Of a stretch of 64,000 nt of DNA, positions 9,442 to 19,424 are shown in pieces. The notes under the pieces were generated by a model. It worked only from the letters and a program-made list of their open reading frames with translations. It had not been told where the DNA came from and ran no database searches. Numbering within the stretch: the first letter of the stretch is position 1; every line of letters starts with the position of its first letter. The translations under genes and the position numbers were made by a program. This DNA comes from a virus, in IMG/VR virus record IMGVR_UViG_3300012933_000221, positions 7,911 to 71,910 of that record. One strand, 5' to 3'.

Positions 9442-10407
9442 ATGCAGATTAAAGAATTTTCACAACCAATTACAAGCAAGACGCTTAACGAAAACGTAGC
9501 CAAGACATTTGGCGTTAAATTAAACCTTGAACAATTTTCAGATGTTCAACTAGAAGATGTTCGTAACAAACTACGTACTGAAGTTAGCCAGTTTGAAATG
9601 AGCGAAAGCTATGATGCTGTCCACGAAAGCGGCAAGTATCAGAAGACTCGTGCATTGTTAGACGTTATCAATCAAGCAATCTTAGAACGTGAAGAGTCGT
9701 CAGAAGACGAAGAAGAAGTAGACGAAGACTTCGAAGAAGAAGAACAAACTAACGAAAGTAGAAATACTTACTACGCAACGTTGCGTCAAAAGGCTAGAGA
9801 GCAATCAGTTCCAGAAAGCTGGATCAAGAGTGCTATCCACCGCATTGAATTAGGCGAATCAGATCAAGAAGAATTAGCAAGTGAATTAACTATTCGTTAC
9901 GAGCTAACAGAATCACAAGCAGAACATATTGTATATCTAAGCGAAAGCGAACAATCAAAAGCAGAGATTATCATGGCCACCAAGGACATGGTTGATCGTA
10001 TCACTGGCTGGCTAGAAGATGTGGCAACCATGAAGGCAGAACAGCTCCTTGAACTATTAGACTCTATAAGAGATGAACTAGGAAGTGATGTTGCAGAACA
10101 ATACTCACAGGCAATTAAGCCAGCATTAGAAAACATTTATTCAACACTAGAATCAGCACGTCAATCACTAAGCTCAGGCTTATCAATTGTATCAGGCGGT
10201 GAAGCTCCTACAATGGGCGCTCCAGTAGGTGGAACTCCAGACTTAGGTGGCGCACCTGATATGGGTGGCGACATGGGAGCACCAGAAGGTGAACCAGCAG
10301 GCGAGCCAATGGCAGACTTAGGCGGCGATGCCGGACGTATGAAGCGTGAAAGCGTTGACTACAGCCGTAGACTTAGCCAACTTTTAAACACACCAAAAAA
10401 AAAGTAA
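9442..10407 (+). CDS. Acidic hypothetical protein with a Gly/Pro-rich tail
   Basis: Product of 321 aa with poly-acidic stretches and a GGxPD repeat tail. An ATAAATAC motif lies upstream. Confidence 0.45.
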   Translation: MQIKEFSQPITSKTLNENVAKTFGVKLNLEQFSDVQLEDVRNKLRTEVSQFEMSESYDAVHESGKYQKTRALLDVINQAILEREESSEDEEEVDEDFEEEEQTNESRNTYYATLRQKAREQSVPESWIKSAIHRIELGESDQEELASELTIRYELTESQAEHIVYLSESEQSKAEIIMATKDMVDRITGWLEDVATMKAEQLLELLDSIRDELGSDVAEQYSQAIKPALENIYSTLESARQSLSSGLSIVSGGEAPTMGAPVGGTPDLGGAPDMGGDMGAPEGEPAGEPMADLGGDAGRMKRESVDYSRRLSQLLNTPKKK

Positions 10408-10436
10408 ATGAAAATATAGATCCCCTGGTTAACTTA

Positions 10437-10733
10437 TTGCAATCGGTTTTATCCAATGCAAATTTTGACCAGGCGACTAGCTCTCTAACTTGGAGAGCGT
10501 TAAACGCCCTAGCATCTCAACAAGGTGCACCAGCAGTCGATTACAAACGTTTTGACAAACGCTGGCAAGATGAAGGCGAAGAAGGTATCCTACACCAATT
10601 AGTTGATCGCTATGACGGACAAGGATTAGTACTTAAAACCGACGAACACGAACACCCAGAAGTGCAAGGCAAGCCAAAGCAAGGTCAGATTTCTGCTATG
10701 GCAAAACGAGCAACCGCAAAAGCTAGACGTTGA
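10437..10733 (+). CDS. Hypothetical protein
   Basis: ORF of 98 aa. Confidence 0.35.
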   Translation: MQSVLSNANFDQATSSLTWRALNALASQQGAPAVDYKRFDKRWQDEGEEGILHQLVDRYDGQGLVLKTDEHEHPEVQGKPKQGQISAMAKRATAKARR

Positions 10734-10758
10734 CATTTTAAAACAAAGGTGTTATACT
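10730..10758 (+). promoter_or_regulatory. Sigma70-like promoter (TTGACA-17-TATACT)
   Basis: Consensus hexamers 8 bp upstream of the 10766 ATG. Confidence 0.45.
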
Positions 10759-10765
10759 AGGCTAT

Positions 10766-11452
10766 ATGAGTCTATTAATCCCTAAATTTGAATATAAACC
10801 AGTTGTCCGCGAGCAGGTAGAAGGTAAGCGATTATATGCTACCCCTGGCGGCAACAAAGTTCCTAGTGTTACTACAATCCTAGATAAAACTAAAAGTGCA
10901 GAAAGCCGAATGGCACTTGCCAATTGGCGTAAAGCTGTTGGCGAGAAGAAAGCACAAGATATTACAACTGAAGCAGCTAATCGAGGTACGCGAATGCACA
11001 AGTACCTTGAGGACTATGTTACTAACGGTGTAATGAATGAGCCGGGCACTAATCCGTTCTCACAGCAAAGCAATAAGATGGCGAACATCATTCGCGAACA
11101 AGGTCTTATCAACGTCGATGAGTTTTGGGGACTAGAAGTTCCATTATACTACGAAGGACTGTACGCAGGTACAACTGACTGTGTAGGACAATGGAAGGGC
11201 AAGCCTGCTATCATCGACTACAAGCAGACCAACAAACCCAAGAAGCGTGAGTACATTGATGATTACTTTGTACAGCTAACAGCATACGCACAAGCTCACA
11301 ATAACATGCACGGTACAGACATTCGTACTGGTGTTATTCTTATGTGTTCAAAGGACTTTGAATATCAAGAGTTTGTTATCGAACTAGACGAGTTTGACAT
11401 GTGGGCAGATCGTTGGTGGGATCGAGTTTCTCAGTACTACAAAGAGAACTGA
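10766..11452 (+). CDS. PD-(D/E)XK-type nuclease-like protein
   Basis: Spacing of D...(D/E)xK: TTDCVG ... IIDYKQ. Confidence 0.45.
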   Translation: MSLLIPKFEYKPVVREQVEGKRLYATPGGNKVPSVTTILDKTKSAESRMALANWRKAVGEKKAQDITTEAANRGTRMHKYLEDYVTNGVMNEPGTNPFSQQSNKMANIIREQGLINVDEFWGLEVPLYYEGLYAGTTDCVGQWKGKPAIIDYKQTNKPKKREYIDDYFVQLTAYAQAHNNMHGTDIRTGVILMCSKDFEYQEFVIELDEFDMWADRWWDRVSQYYKEN

Positions 11453-11463
11453 GTAAATACTCC

Positions 11464-12945
11464 ATGATCCAGAAACCGCATTTAATTCTACTAACCTCAA
11501 CACGAGGTTCTGTTTGGCAACGTTCTATTGGTGCATACCAAATTGCACACAACTGTCGTCAGAACGGATTCCGTGTTCAAGTACTTGACTTCACTGACTT
11601 CTTTAGCGAAGCAGAGTTGAATCAAGTATTTGATGCGTTAGTAAGTCCAGAGCTTATCGCCATAGGAGTTAGTAGCACATTCTACTCAAGACCTAGCGAT
11701 GCAGCAGATGTCGACCCTGCGTGGATACCTGTGGCAAACTCTGACATCCGCGGTGATGCAAGACCTGATCCAAAACTACGCAAAGCAATTGAGAGAGTAA
11801 AAGAACTACATCCACAAGTCAAGCTGATTGCTGGTGGCGCCAATAGTTGGCAGATGCTAGATGATCCATTGTTTGATACTGTATTCCACGGATACAGTGA
11901 TGAAGCAGTTGTTGACTTCCTTAAAGGTTCGAAGCGTATCTGGCCTAAGGAGCACGGCAAGACTATCATTGACGGAGACCAGTACGAGTTTAATATTGAA
12001 AAGCTAAGTCATCGTTGGTTGCCAGAAGATGTTGTACTGCACGGCGAAACACTACCAATCGAAATTGCTCGTGGATGTATCTTTAAGTGCCGGTTCTGTA
12101 GCTATCCGTTAAACGGTAAGAAGAAGCTAGACTACCTACGTGATGTAGAAGAGATCAAGCAAGAGCTAATCGACAACTATAACAACTACGGTACAACTAA
12201 CTACTTCTTCACTGATGACACATTTAACGACAGCACTTTTAAGTTAGAGCAGCTACACAAAGCATTCACTAGCTTGCCGTTTAAGATACGATTTGTCTGT
12301 TACTTGCGAGCAGACTTGCTACACAGATTCCCTGAACAGATACCATTGTTATTAGAAATGGGTCTAGGTGCTGTAGTATTTGGTATCGAGTCGCTGCACC
12401 CTAAAGCTGCTAAAGCAATTGGCAAGGGCATGGACCCAGAGAAGCTAAAGCCGTTCCTGCTAGACTTATACTATAAGCACTGGCAAGAACGTGTGAGTAT
12501 CACTTGTTCGATGATCGTAGGCTTGCCAGGCGAAAGCAAAGAACATCTAAGAGCTAGCCATCAATGGTTTAGGGATCAGGGCGTTATCTTTAACGACAAC
12601 TGGTGGCCATTAAAGATCACTACAAAAGGGCACTACAAAGCTGAGTTTGACAAGGACTGGGACAAGTGGGGTTACACTATGGATGAAGACGGTGAGTGGA
12701 CTTCTGAGTTCATGACTCATCGCGAAGCATTTGCCCTTAGTGAAGAGTTTAACGATCAAGGCTTGTACGGCGGCAATGCTCCAGGCAGTTGGCTAATGTT
12801 TGCATTGCTTAGTTTCGGATACCCGTTTGAAGAGCTACAAAAGTGGGAAAATAAGAACTTGCCCTGGAAGAGTCTGATTAAGAAGAAACTTAGAATGGTG
12901 CAAGATTACAAGAAAACCCTGTTTAATCTGCTACAGACGCCGTAA
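11464..12945 (+). CDS. B12-binding-domain radical SAM protein
   Basis: CIFKCRFCSY CxxxCxxC motif, with an N-terminal flavodoxin/B12-like region. The ATG at 11464 follows the upstream stop. Confidence 0.6.
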   Translation: MIQKPHLILLTSTRGSVWQRSIGAYQIAHNCRQNGFRVQVLDFTDFFSEAELNQVFDALVSPELIAIGVSSTFYSRPSDAADVDPAWIPVANSDIRGDARPDPKLRKAIERVKELHPQVKLIAGGANSWQMLDDPLFDTVFHGYSDEAVVDFLKGSKRIWPKEHGKTIIDGDQYEFNIEKLSHRWLPEDVVLHGETLPIEIARGCIFKCRFCSYPLNGKKKLDYLRDVEEIKQELIDNYNNYGTTNYFFTDDTFNDSTFKLEQLHKAFTSLPFKIRFVCYLRADLLHRFPEQIPLLLEMGLGAVVFGIESLHPKAAKAIGKGMDPEKLKPFLLDLYYKHWQERVSITCSMIVGLPGESKEHLRASHQWFRDQGVIFNDNWWPLKITTKGHYKAEFDKDWDKWGYTMDEDGEWTSEFMTHREAFALSEEFNDQGLYGGNAPGSWLMFALLSFGYPFEELQKWENKNLPWKSLIKKKLRMVQDYKKTLFNLLQTP

Positions 12946-12994
12946 ATGCATTTATGTTTAGTACGATAAATACTAGACATTAAGGATACACGTT

Positions 12995-14617
12995 ATGGCT
13001 GTGGTGCAAATCTCCAGAATTCAAGTCCGTAGAGGACGTAAACAACAAGGTACAGGATTACCTCAATTAGCTTCGGGCGAAATTGCATGGGCAATTGATA
13101 CCCAAGAACTTTACATCGGTAACGGCGCAGTAAGTGAAGGTGCACCGGAAGTTAACAATACAAAGATCCTAACAGAACACGACAGCTTGCTAGACCTAGC
13201 TGGTCAGTACGAATACAAAGCAGGTGATGATAGCATCGTTACAGGCGTTGAGCAAAACTATCCGGTCATCCGTTCACTACAGCAAAGACTAGATGAGAGT
13301 GTAACAGCTTTTAGCTTTGGTGTAGTAGGAGACGGCATTGTTGACGATACTGCTGCCCTACAACGAGCTATTGATCAACTATACATGACTGCTACAGCTC
13401 GAGCAAACACTGCAACCCGCATGGTGTTAGAACTACCTGCCGGCACATATACCTTAACTGACACCCTGTACATTCCTAGCTATGCAACCATTGTTGGCGC
13501 TGGAGTCGGTAATACTGTTATTAACTACATTGGAAACGATGTGGTGTTTAAAGCAGTTAACGACAGCTCTCGCCCTGGAGATATTGATCCAGACGGTATC
13601 AGTGATAGTAATCAACCTAAGTTCATTACTATCCGTGGATTAACTATTAATTCTGCAACTACAAACAAAACAGTTCTACACCTTGACTCGGTGTTAGACA
13701 GCACATTTGAACAGCTTAATATTACTGGTGAGTGGGCAGACACCGTAGACTTAGCAACTACTGGTGCAATCTACTTAGGATATTTCAGCGGTGTAGTTAC
13801 ATGCGAGCGTAACAAGTTTGAAAACGTAACAGTTGACGGATTTACATACGGTGTGTTTGCCAAGGGTGATGTAACAAATAATAAATTTATCGACAACGAC
13901 TTTAGCAACTGTTATCAAGGCTTCCGTTTAGGAAGAGGTATTAACGGTGTTCCTTCATCTGGACAGGCAACTGGACCACAAGGCACATTGATTATCAATT
14001 GCAGATTTACTGACATTAAACGCCAAGCTGTATACGTTGATAACGGATTTGGTACTAGTGTAACCAAGTGTACATTTACTAACGTTGGCAATAACGGTGG
14101 TGGATCAGCAGGTGCATTATACACTCAGGTACAGTTCCAAGTTGGCAATAACTCTGCAACAAATAACTTCTCTGACAGAGCTAGTACGCTGGCAACTGAC
14201 AACCTAGGTGCGCCGTATGCGGGCGAAGCAGGTGGTGTTGTTGCTACTGCTGCGTTTGGCGCAAAGCAAATTGAGTTGCAAACAACCGGCAGTTCGCTTC
14301 TTGCGTTCCGCTTGCCAATTGCAACAGGTGTAACTGGTTATGCAATTAACTATACCTACCAAAGTACTACTAGAGCACAATCTAGACAAGGTACTATCAC
14401 AGTCGCAATTGATGCACTTAACGATGCAGTTCAATTGAGTGACGACTACAACTTCGTTGGCGCAGCCGGTGATGCAGATACATTGGACTTCAGTGCTCAA
14501 TTATTAGCAATCCATAACGGCAGCATTAACGATACTATCGGCATCTACTACAAAAACACCAGCGTAGGCGATGTAGCCGTTTTCACATATTCATACTCTG
14601 CCGTCCAAGGCTTATAA
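12995..14617 (+). CDS. Tailspike / depolymerase (pectate-lyase-like beta-helix)
   Basis: AFSFGVVGDGIVDDTAALQRAIDQ matches the pectate_lyase_3 signature. The protein is Asn/Gly/Thr-rich. An ATAAATAC motif lies upstream. Confidence 0.6.
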   Translation: MAVVQISRIQVRRGRKQQGTGLPQLASGEIAWAIDTQELYIGNGAVSEGAPEVNNTKILTEHDSLLDLAGQYEYKAGDDSIVTGVEQNYPVIRSLQQRLDESVTAFSFGVVGDGIVDDTAALQRAIDQLYMTATARANTATRMVLELPAGTYTLTDTLYIPSYATIVGAGVGNTVINYIGNDVVFKAVNDSSRPGDIDPDGISDSNQPKFITIRGLTINSATTNKTVLHLDSVLDSTFEQLNITGEWADTVDLATTGAIYLGYFSGVVTCERNKFENVTVDGFTYGVFAKGDVTNNKFIDNDFSNCYQGFRLGRGINGVPSSGQATGPQGTLIINCRFTDIKRQAVYVDNGFGTSVTKCTFTNVGNNGGGSAGALYTQVQFQVGNNSATNNFSDRASTLATDNLGAPYAGEAGGVVATAAFGAKQIELQTTGSSLLAFRLPIATGVTGYAINYTYQSTTRAQSRQGTITVAIDALNDAVQLSDDYNFVGAAGDADTLDFSAQLLAIHNGSINDTIGIYYKNTSVGDVAVFTYSYSAVQGL

Positions 14618-14664
14618 CCGTTTAACTAGACAAAGCTAAAATATACGTGTATTATTAGCTTTGT

Positions 14665-14684
14665 CACAATGATATATCATTGTG
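14665..14684. promoter_or_regulatory. Perfect 20-bp palindrome CACAATGATATATCATTGTG upstream of nrdA
   Basis: Perfect inverted repeat with an ATATAT core, about 150 bp upstream of the nrdA ATG. It resembles an NrdR-box-type operator. Confidence 0.4.
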
Positions 14685-14834
14685 CATGTTTATACGGCAA
14701 TAAATCATCACGAAATCAAGCATAAGTCGTTGACTTTCAAGAAGAATTTGGATAGAGTTTCTGCTCACTAAATACTTCCTAATTAGATTGTTCGGATGTT
14801 AATTAAAGATACAACTGTATAAAAAGCGGAAGAA

Positions 14835-17159
14835 ATGAATAAAATAACAGTAATAAAAAGAAGCGGTATTAAAGAGCCGTTGAACTTGGATAAGTGGCAA
14901 ACTCAGATTGCAAAAATTTGTAGCGGCATTGCAGATGTTAGTCAATCAATGATTGAAATTAAAGCACAGCTACACTTCTACGACGGCATCACTACTAAAG
15001 AAATTGACGGCATCACTTTACGTGCTATTGTAGATTTAATTGATGTAGAATCAAACCCAGATGTTGGACACGTTAACTATCAATACGTTGCAGGCAAACA
15101 ACGATTGTCAATGTTGCGCAAAGATGTGTATGGCGACTACGAAGTCCCTAGTCTATACAACATTGTGGTTAAGAACGTTGCCATTGGTTTATATACTCCT
15201 GAACTACTTGAGTGGTATACTAAAGAAGATTGGGATAGAATGGACTCGATGCTCGAGCACGAGAAGGATGAAGAATACAGTTACGCAGCAATCGAACAGC
15301 TAATTGAAAAGTATCTTGTAAAGAATCGTTCAACAAAAGAAATTTATGAAACACCACAGATCCGATACATGGTCGCTGCGGCGACGGTATTCCACAAGGA
15401 AGAACCAAACAGCGCACGTATGCGATACATCAAAGAGTACTACAATGCGGCATCGGATGGTCTCTTTACTTTGGCTACACCTGTTTTGGCTGGCTTGGGG
15501 ACTCCTACAAAACAATTTAGCAGTTGCGTTCTTATCCGCTCTGATGACGACCTCGATTCTATCTTCGCTAGCGGAGAAATGATGGCCAAGTATGCTAGCA
15601 AGCGAGCTGGCATTGGTTTAGAGATCGGTCGATTACGTAGTTTAGGTTCTCCCATCAGAGGTGGCGAAATCCAACACACTGGTATGATCCCATTCCTAAA
15701 GAAGTGGTTTGGTGATTTACGTTCATGTTCACAAGGCGGTATCCGTAATGCAAGTGCTACAGTATTTTACCCAATTTGGCATCACCAGTTTGATGACCTT
15801 ATTGTGCTTAAGAACAATCAAGGTACAGAAGAAACTCGAGTCCGACACATGGACTACGGAGTGGTCTTATCCGCCTTCTTCTGGAGACGATTTAAGAACA
15901 AAGAAAACATAACATTCTTTGATCCTAACGAGGTTCCGGACTTGTATGAAGCGTTCTATAAAAACACTGCATTGTTCGAAGAACTCTATGTCAAATACGA
16001 ACAGCGTAAAGACTTGAGAACTAAGACTATGGCAGCTGAGGAAGTATTCAAGTCTGGCATATTGAAAGAGCGTACTGATACAGGACGTATCTATCTAGTG
16101 TTCATTGACAACGTAATGAACCAGGGTCCGTTCGACCCAGAGTACCATACAATTTACCAAAGTAACCTTTGCTGTGAAATTCTTTTACCTACTAAGTCCT
16201 TTAAACGTCTGGATGACAGCGATGGTCGTATCGCACTTTGCACATTGGGCTCAATCAATTGGGGTGCGTTCCGTAACCCAGAAGATATGCGCCGCGCTTG
16301 TCGTATATTGCATCGTAGCCTCAACAACATTCTTGACTATCAAGACTTTCTTTCCATCCAGTCTAAACTATCCAACGACGAAATTAGACCGCTCGGAATC
16401 GGTATCACCAACCTCGCCTACTGGCACGCCAAGCGTGGGCTCAAGTACGGTGAGAAGGATGCTCTAGCTGAAGTTAAGACTTGGCAAGAGCACCAGTCAT
16501 TCTACTTAACAGAGATGTCAGTTGAGTTAGCTAAGGAACGCGGCAAGTGTCTAGGATCAGACCAAACACGTTACGGTCAAGGGAAGTTTCCTTGGGAACT
16601 ACGTGCTAAAGGTGTTAACGAGTTAGCAGACTTCAGTCCTGAATTAGATTGGGAAACGCTACGTGCTGCTATGATCCAATACGGTGTTCGTAATGCCACT
16701 AACGGTGCTGTTGCTCCTGTAGAGTCTAGCTCAGTTGTTATCGGATCGACTAACGGTATTGAAATGCCGATGAGTTTGATCTCTGTTAAAGAATCTAAGG
16801 CAGGATCGTTTGTTCAGGTTGTACCTGAGTATCACAAGTTGAAGAACAAGTATCAACTGATGTGGGATCAAACAGACTGCGAAGGCTACTTGAAGACTGC
16901 GGCTGTTATTGCAGCCTACACTGATCAATCAATTAGTACTAACACATTCTACAATCCAGCACACTTCCCGGATCGTAAAGTTCCAACTACATTGATCGCC
17001 AAGAACTTGATGCAAGCTCACTTATGGGGGTTAAAAACTTTCTATTACAGTTTGATTAATAAGAAAGGTAGTAAGGCAGTTGACGAAGAAGCTCCGGTGC
17101 AAGCACTAGCTGCTATTGACTTCGACGATGTAGATGATTGTGAGAGTTGTAAACTATGA
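14835..17159 (+). CDS. nrdA: Ribonucleoside-diphosphate reductase alpha subunit
   Basis: N-terminal ATP-cone followed by a class Ia RNR catalytic core. Product is 774 aa. Confidence 0.9.
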   Translation: MNKITVIKRSGIKEPLNLDKWQTQIAKICSGIADVSQSMIEIKAQLHFYDGITTKEIDGITLRAIVDLIDVESNPDVGHVNYQYVAGKQRLSMLRKDVYGDYEVPSLYNIVVKNVAIGLYTPELLEWYTKEDWDRMDSMLEHEKDEEYSYAAIEQLIEKYLVKNRSTKEIYETPQIRYMVAAATVFHKEEPNSARMRYIKEYYNAASDGLFTLATPVLAGLGTPTKQFSSCVLIRSDDDLDSIFASGEMMAKYASKRAGIGLEIGRLRSLGSPIRGGEIQHTGMIPFLKKWFGDLRSCSQGGIRNASATVFYPIWHHQFDDLIVLKNNQGTEETRVRHMDYGVVLSAFFWRRFKNKENITFFDPNEVPDLYEAFYKNTALFEELYVKYEQRKDLRTKTMAAEEVFKSGILKERTDTGRIYLVFIDNVMNQGPFDPEYHTIYQSNLCCEILLPTKSFKRLDDSDGRIALCTLGSINWGAFRNPEDMRRACRILHRSLNNILDYQDFLSIQSKLSNDEIRPLGIGITNLAYWHAKRGLKYGEKDALAEVKTWQEHQSFYLTEMSVELAKERGKCLGSDQTRYGQGKFPWELRAKGVNELADFSPELDWETLRAAMIQYGVRNATNGAVAPVESSSVVIGSTNGIEMPMSLISVKESKAGSFVQVVPEYHKLKNKYQLMWDQTDCEGYLKTAAVIAAYTDQSISTNTFYNPAHFPDRKVPTTLIAKNLMQAHLWGLKTFYYSLINKKGSKAVDEEAPVQALAAIDFDDVDDCESCKL

Positions 17160-17350
17160 TTAAATTAGACGCATATAATATAAGTTTTATGCTAATGGAT
17201 GCATGGCGCAAGTATGCTATGCAGTCTAGTGGCACTGGTGAGAAGTTAGGCAACGTACCTGTGTATGTTGAGCTAAATGGTAACCTAGTACGCATTAGTG
17301 ATGTAGATACTAGTGATGGTAAAATAATTTTAAAGACAGAAAATGAGTAA
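17156..17350 (+). CDS. Small hypothetical protein
   Basis: Product of 64 aa, coupled between nrdA and nrdB. Confidence 0.3.
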   Translation: MIKLDAYNISFMLMDAWRKYAMQSSGTGEKLGNVPVYVELNGNLVRISDVDTSDGKIILKTENE

Positions 17351-18443
17351 AGCACAATATAACCTAACAACAAAAACAGACTATTTGAATCGCAAGATGT
17401 TTCTGGATCCTGCAGGCCCAGTTACTATCCAACGCTTTGAAGAAGTTAAGTACAAGAAGATTGCAGACTATGATACTACTGCTCGTGGATTCTTTTGGCA
17501 ACCAGAAGAGATTAGCTTAACTAAAGACAGTGCCGACTTTAAAGATGCAAGTGACGCAGTTAAGCATATCTTCACAAGTAACTTGCTACGTCAAACAGCA
17601 TTAGATAGTTTGCAAGGTCGTGGACCTACACAAGTGTTTACACCTGTGTGTAGTATTCCAGAACTAGAGGCATTAATGTACAACTGGGGCTTCTTTGAAA
17701 CTAACATTCATAGCAAGAGTTACAGTCATATCATCCGCAATATCTACAACGTGCCTAAGGATGTGTTCAACACTATTCATGACACACAAGAAATTGTAGG
17801 CATGGCGTCAAGTGTAGGCAAGCACTATGACAAGCTACACCAAATTAACTGTGCTGTAGAATGTAATGGCGACATTAAGGAAGAGGATCACATTAGAGCA
17901 ATCTGGATGGCCTTACATGCTAGCTATGCGTTAGAAGCGTTCCGCTTTATGGTATCATTTGCTACCTCACTAGCAATGGTCGAGAACAAGATCTTTATTG
18001 GTAATGGTAACATTATTAGTTTGATTCTACAAGACGAGTTGTTACACAAAGGTTGGACTGCATACATCATTAACCAAGTTGTTAAAGAAGATCCACGCTT
18101 TGCGCAAGCTAAGATTGAATGTGAAGCTGAAGTGTACGAATTGTATATGGATGTTATTCGAGAAGAAAAAGAGTGGGCAAAGTATTTGTTTAAACTAGGT
18201 CCAGTTATTGGCCTTAACGCTAACATCTTGATCGACTTTGTTGACTACACCGCAGTTGGTGCATTGAAAGATATTGGCATCAAGTACCTAAGCACAGCGC
18301 CAAAGTCAACTCCTATTCCTTGGTTTAACAAGCATACAGATACTAGCAAAAAGCAAACAGCACTACAAGAAAACGAAAGCACTAACTATGTTATCGGAAT
18401 TATGGGAGAAGCACTTGACTACGATGCTCTCCCAGAACTATAA
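17343..18443 (+). CDS. nrdB: Ribonucleoside-diphosphate reductase beta subunit
   Basis: Ferritin-like R2 fold. It immediately follows nrdA. Confidence 0.85.
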   Translation: MSKAQYNLTTKTDYLNRKMFLDPAGPVTIQRFEEVKYKKIADYDTTARGFFWQPEEISLTKDSADFKDASDAVKHIFTSNLLRQTALDSLQGRGPTQVFTPVCSIPELEALMYNWGFFETNIHSKSYSHIIRNIYNVPKDVFNTIHDTQEIVGMASSVGKHYDKLHQINCAVECNGDIKEEDHIRAIWMALHASYALEAFRFMVSFATSLAMVENKIFIGNGNIISLILQDELLHKGWTAYIINQVVKEDPRFAQAKIECEAEVYELYMDVIREEKEWAKYLFKLGPVIGLNANILIDFVDYTAVGALKDIGIKYLSTAPKSTPIPWFNKHTDTSKKQTALQENESTNYVIGIMGEALDYDALPEL

Positions 18444-18451
18444 GGATTAAA

Positions 18452-18694
18452 ATGATTACAGTATATTCAAAAAATGATTGCCCGTTTTGCGACAGAGCAA
18501 AGGCATTATTGGAAAGCAAAGGCATTCCATTTAAAACAGTTATGATGGAAGAAACACCAGACGCACGTGAGTTCCTAATGGATCAAGGTCTGCGTAGTGT
18601 TCCACAGATTTTCAAGGACGGCGTTCTCCTTCCTGGCGGCTATCAAGGCCTTGCAGGTAAAGACGAAGAATTTTTTAACACACTAAAAGGATAA
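18452..18694 (+). CDS. Glutaredoxin
   Basis: CPFC active site and an SVPQIF motif. The product resembles GrxA/NrdC and sits downstream of nrdAB. Confidence 0.75.
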   Translation: MITVYSKNDCPFCDRAKALLESKGIPFKTVMMEETPDAREFLMDQGLRSVPQIFKDGVLLPGGYQGLAGKDEEFFNTLKG

Positions 18695-18695
18695 T

Positions 18696-18986
18696 ATGTT
18701 AATTGACAAAGGCGTAAGCGAAGGTGAAGTAATCACTTTAAAACTAACATCAGGCGAAGAACTAGTTGGAAAACTAACACAAGAGACAGACGCTTATTAC
18801 AAGCTATCACGTCCAATGGTAATTGGTATGGGCGAACAAGGTCCGGGACTAATGCCTTACCTATTCACAGTACATCCAGACAAGGAAGTAAAGTTGTCTA
18901 AGATTACAGTAACAGTAGCAGAAGCAACTGATGGTAACTTTGCTAAACAGTTCCTTGAATCTACATCAGGCATCAAGTTAGTCTAA
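18696..18986 (+). CDS. Hypothetical protein (baseplate neighbourhood)
   Basis: Product of 96 aa, coupled to flanking genes. Confidence 0.4.
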   Translation: MLIDKGVSEGEVITLKLTSGEELVGKLTQETDAYYKLSRPMVIGMGEQGPGLMPYLFTVHPDKEVKLSKITVTVAEATDGNFAKQFLESTSGIKLV

Positions 18987-19423
18987 TGTTAAGTGTAACG
19001 GCAGCAACTGTAGGAATGGCAACACCGTTTACGCAAGTAATCGATGTTCAAGTTGAGACCATAGATGAGCTAACAGGCGAAACTATTATTGGTCCTTCTG
19101 ACACTGTTCCTGTAGTCACTGCCAGCTTTACTGATCCAGGAGTTGTTATTACTACTGAAATTGGTAAGGTAACTATATCCGGACTTTATCGTAAGATTAT
19201 CGTTACTTCGTGGACATACATTAATTTGACAGGTACAATCGTAACTGAACAGATGGCTCCAGAAGTAGGAACATTTAAGATGATCACTAAGGTTGATAGT
19301 CCTGCTAACTTAAAAGAGATATGCACGTATACTATAGACGGCGATTCGTTTATACATACTGTGGACTTAGGTAGTTACTCATCAATTGGCACTACACTAA
19401 AATCATTACTAGCGACGGTATAA
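18986..19423 (+). CDS. Hypothetical protein
   Basis: Product of 145 aa, coupled to flanking genes. Confidence 0.4.
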   Translation: MLSVTAATVGMATPFTQVIDVQVETIDELTGETIIGPSDTVPVVTASFTDPGVVITTEIGKVTISGLYRKIIVTSWTYINLTGTIVTEQMAPEVGTFKMITKVDSPANLKEICTYTIDGDSFIHTVDLGSYSSIGTTLKSLLATV

Positions 19424-19424
19424 T

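Noticed and set aside
11401-11463. Upstream extension of the radical SAM ORF and the long N-terminal extensions of ORFs 40209 and 30236
   Set aside because: The extensions overlap the preceding genes in another frame. Internal ATGs placed right after upstream stops, with SD-like sequences, are more plausible.
15061-15679. Several 60-80-aa ORFs on both strands inside nrdA (also inside dnaK, nadV, rIIA and others)
   Set aside because: They are fully embedded in long, well-supported genes in alternative frames, with no RBS support.
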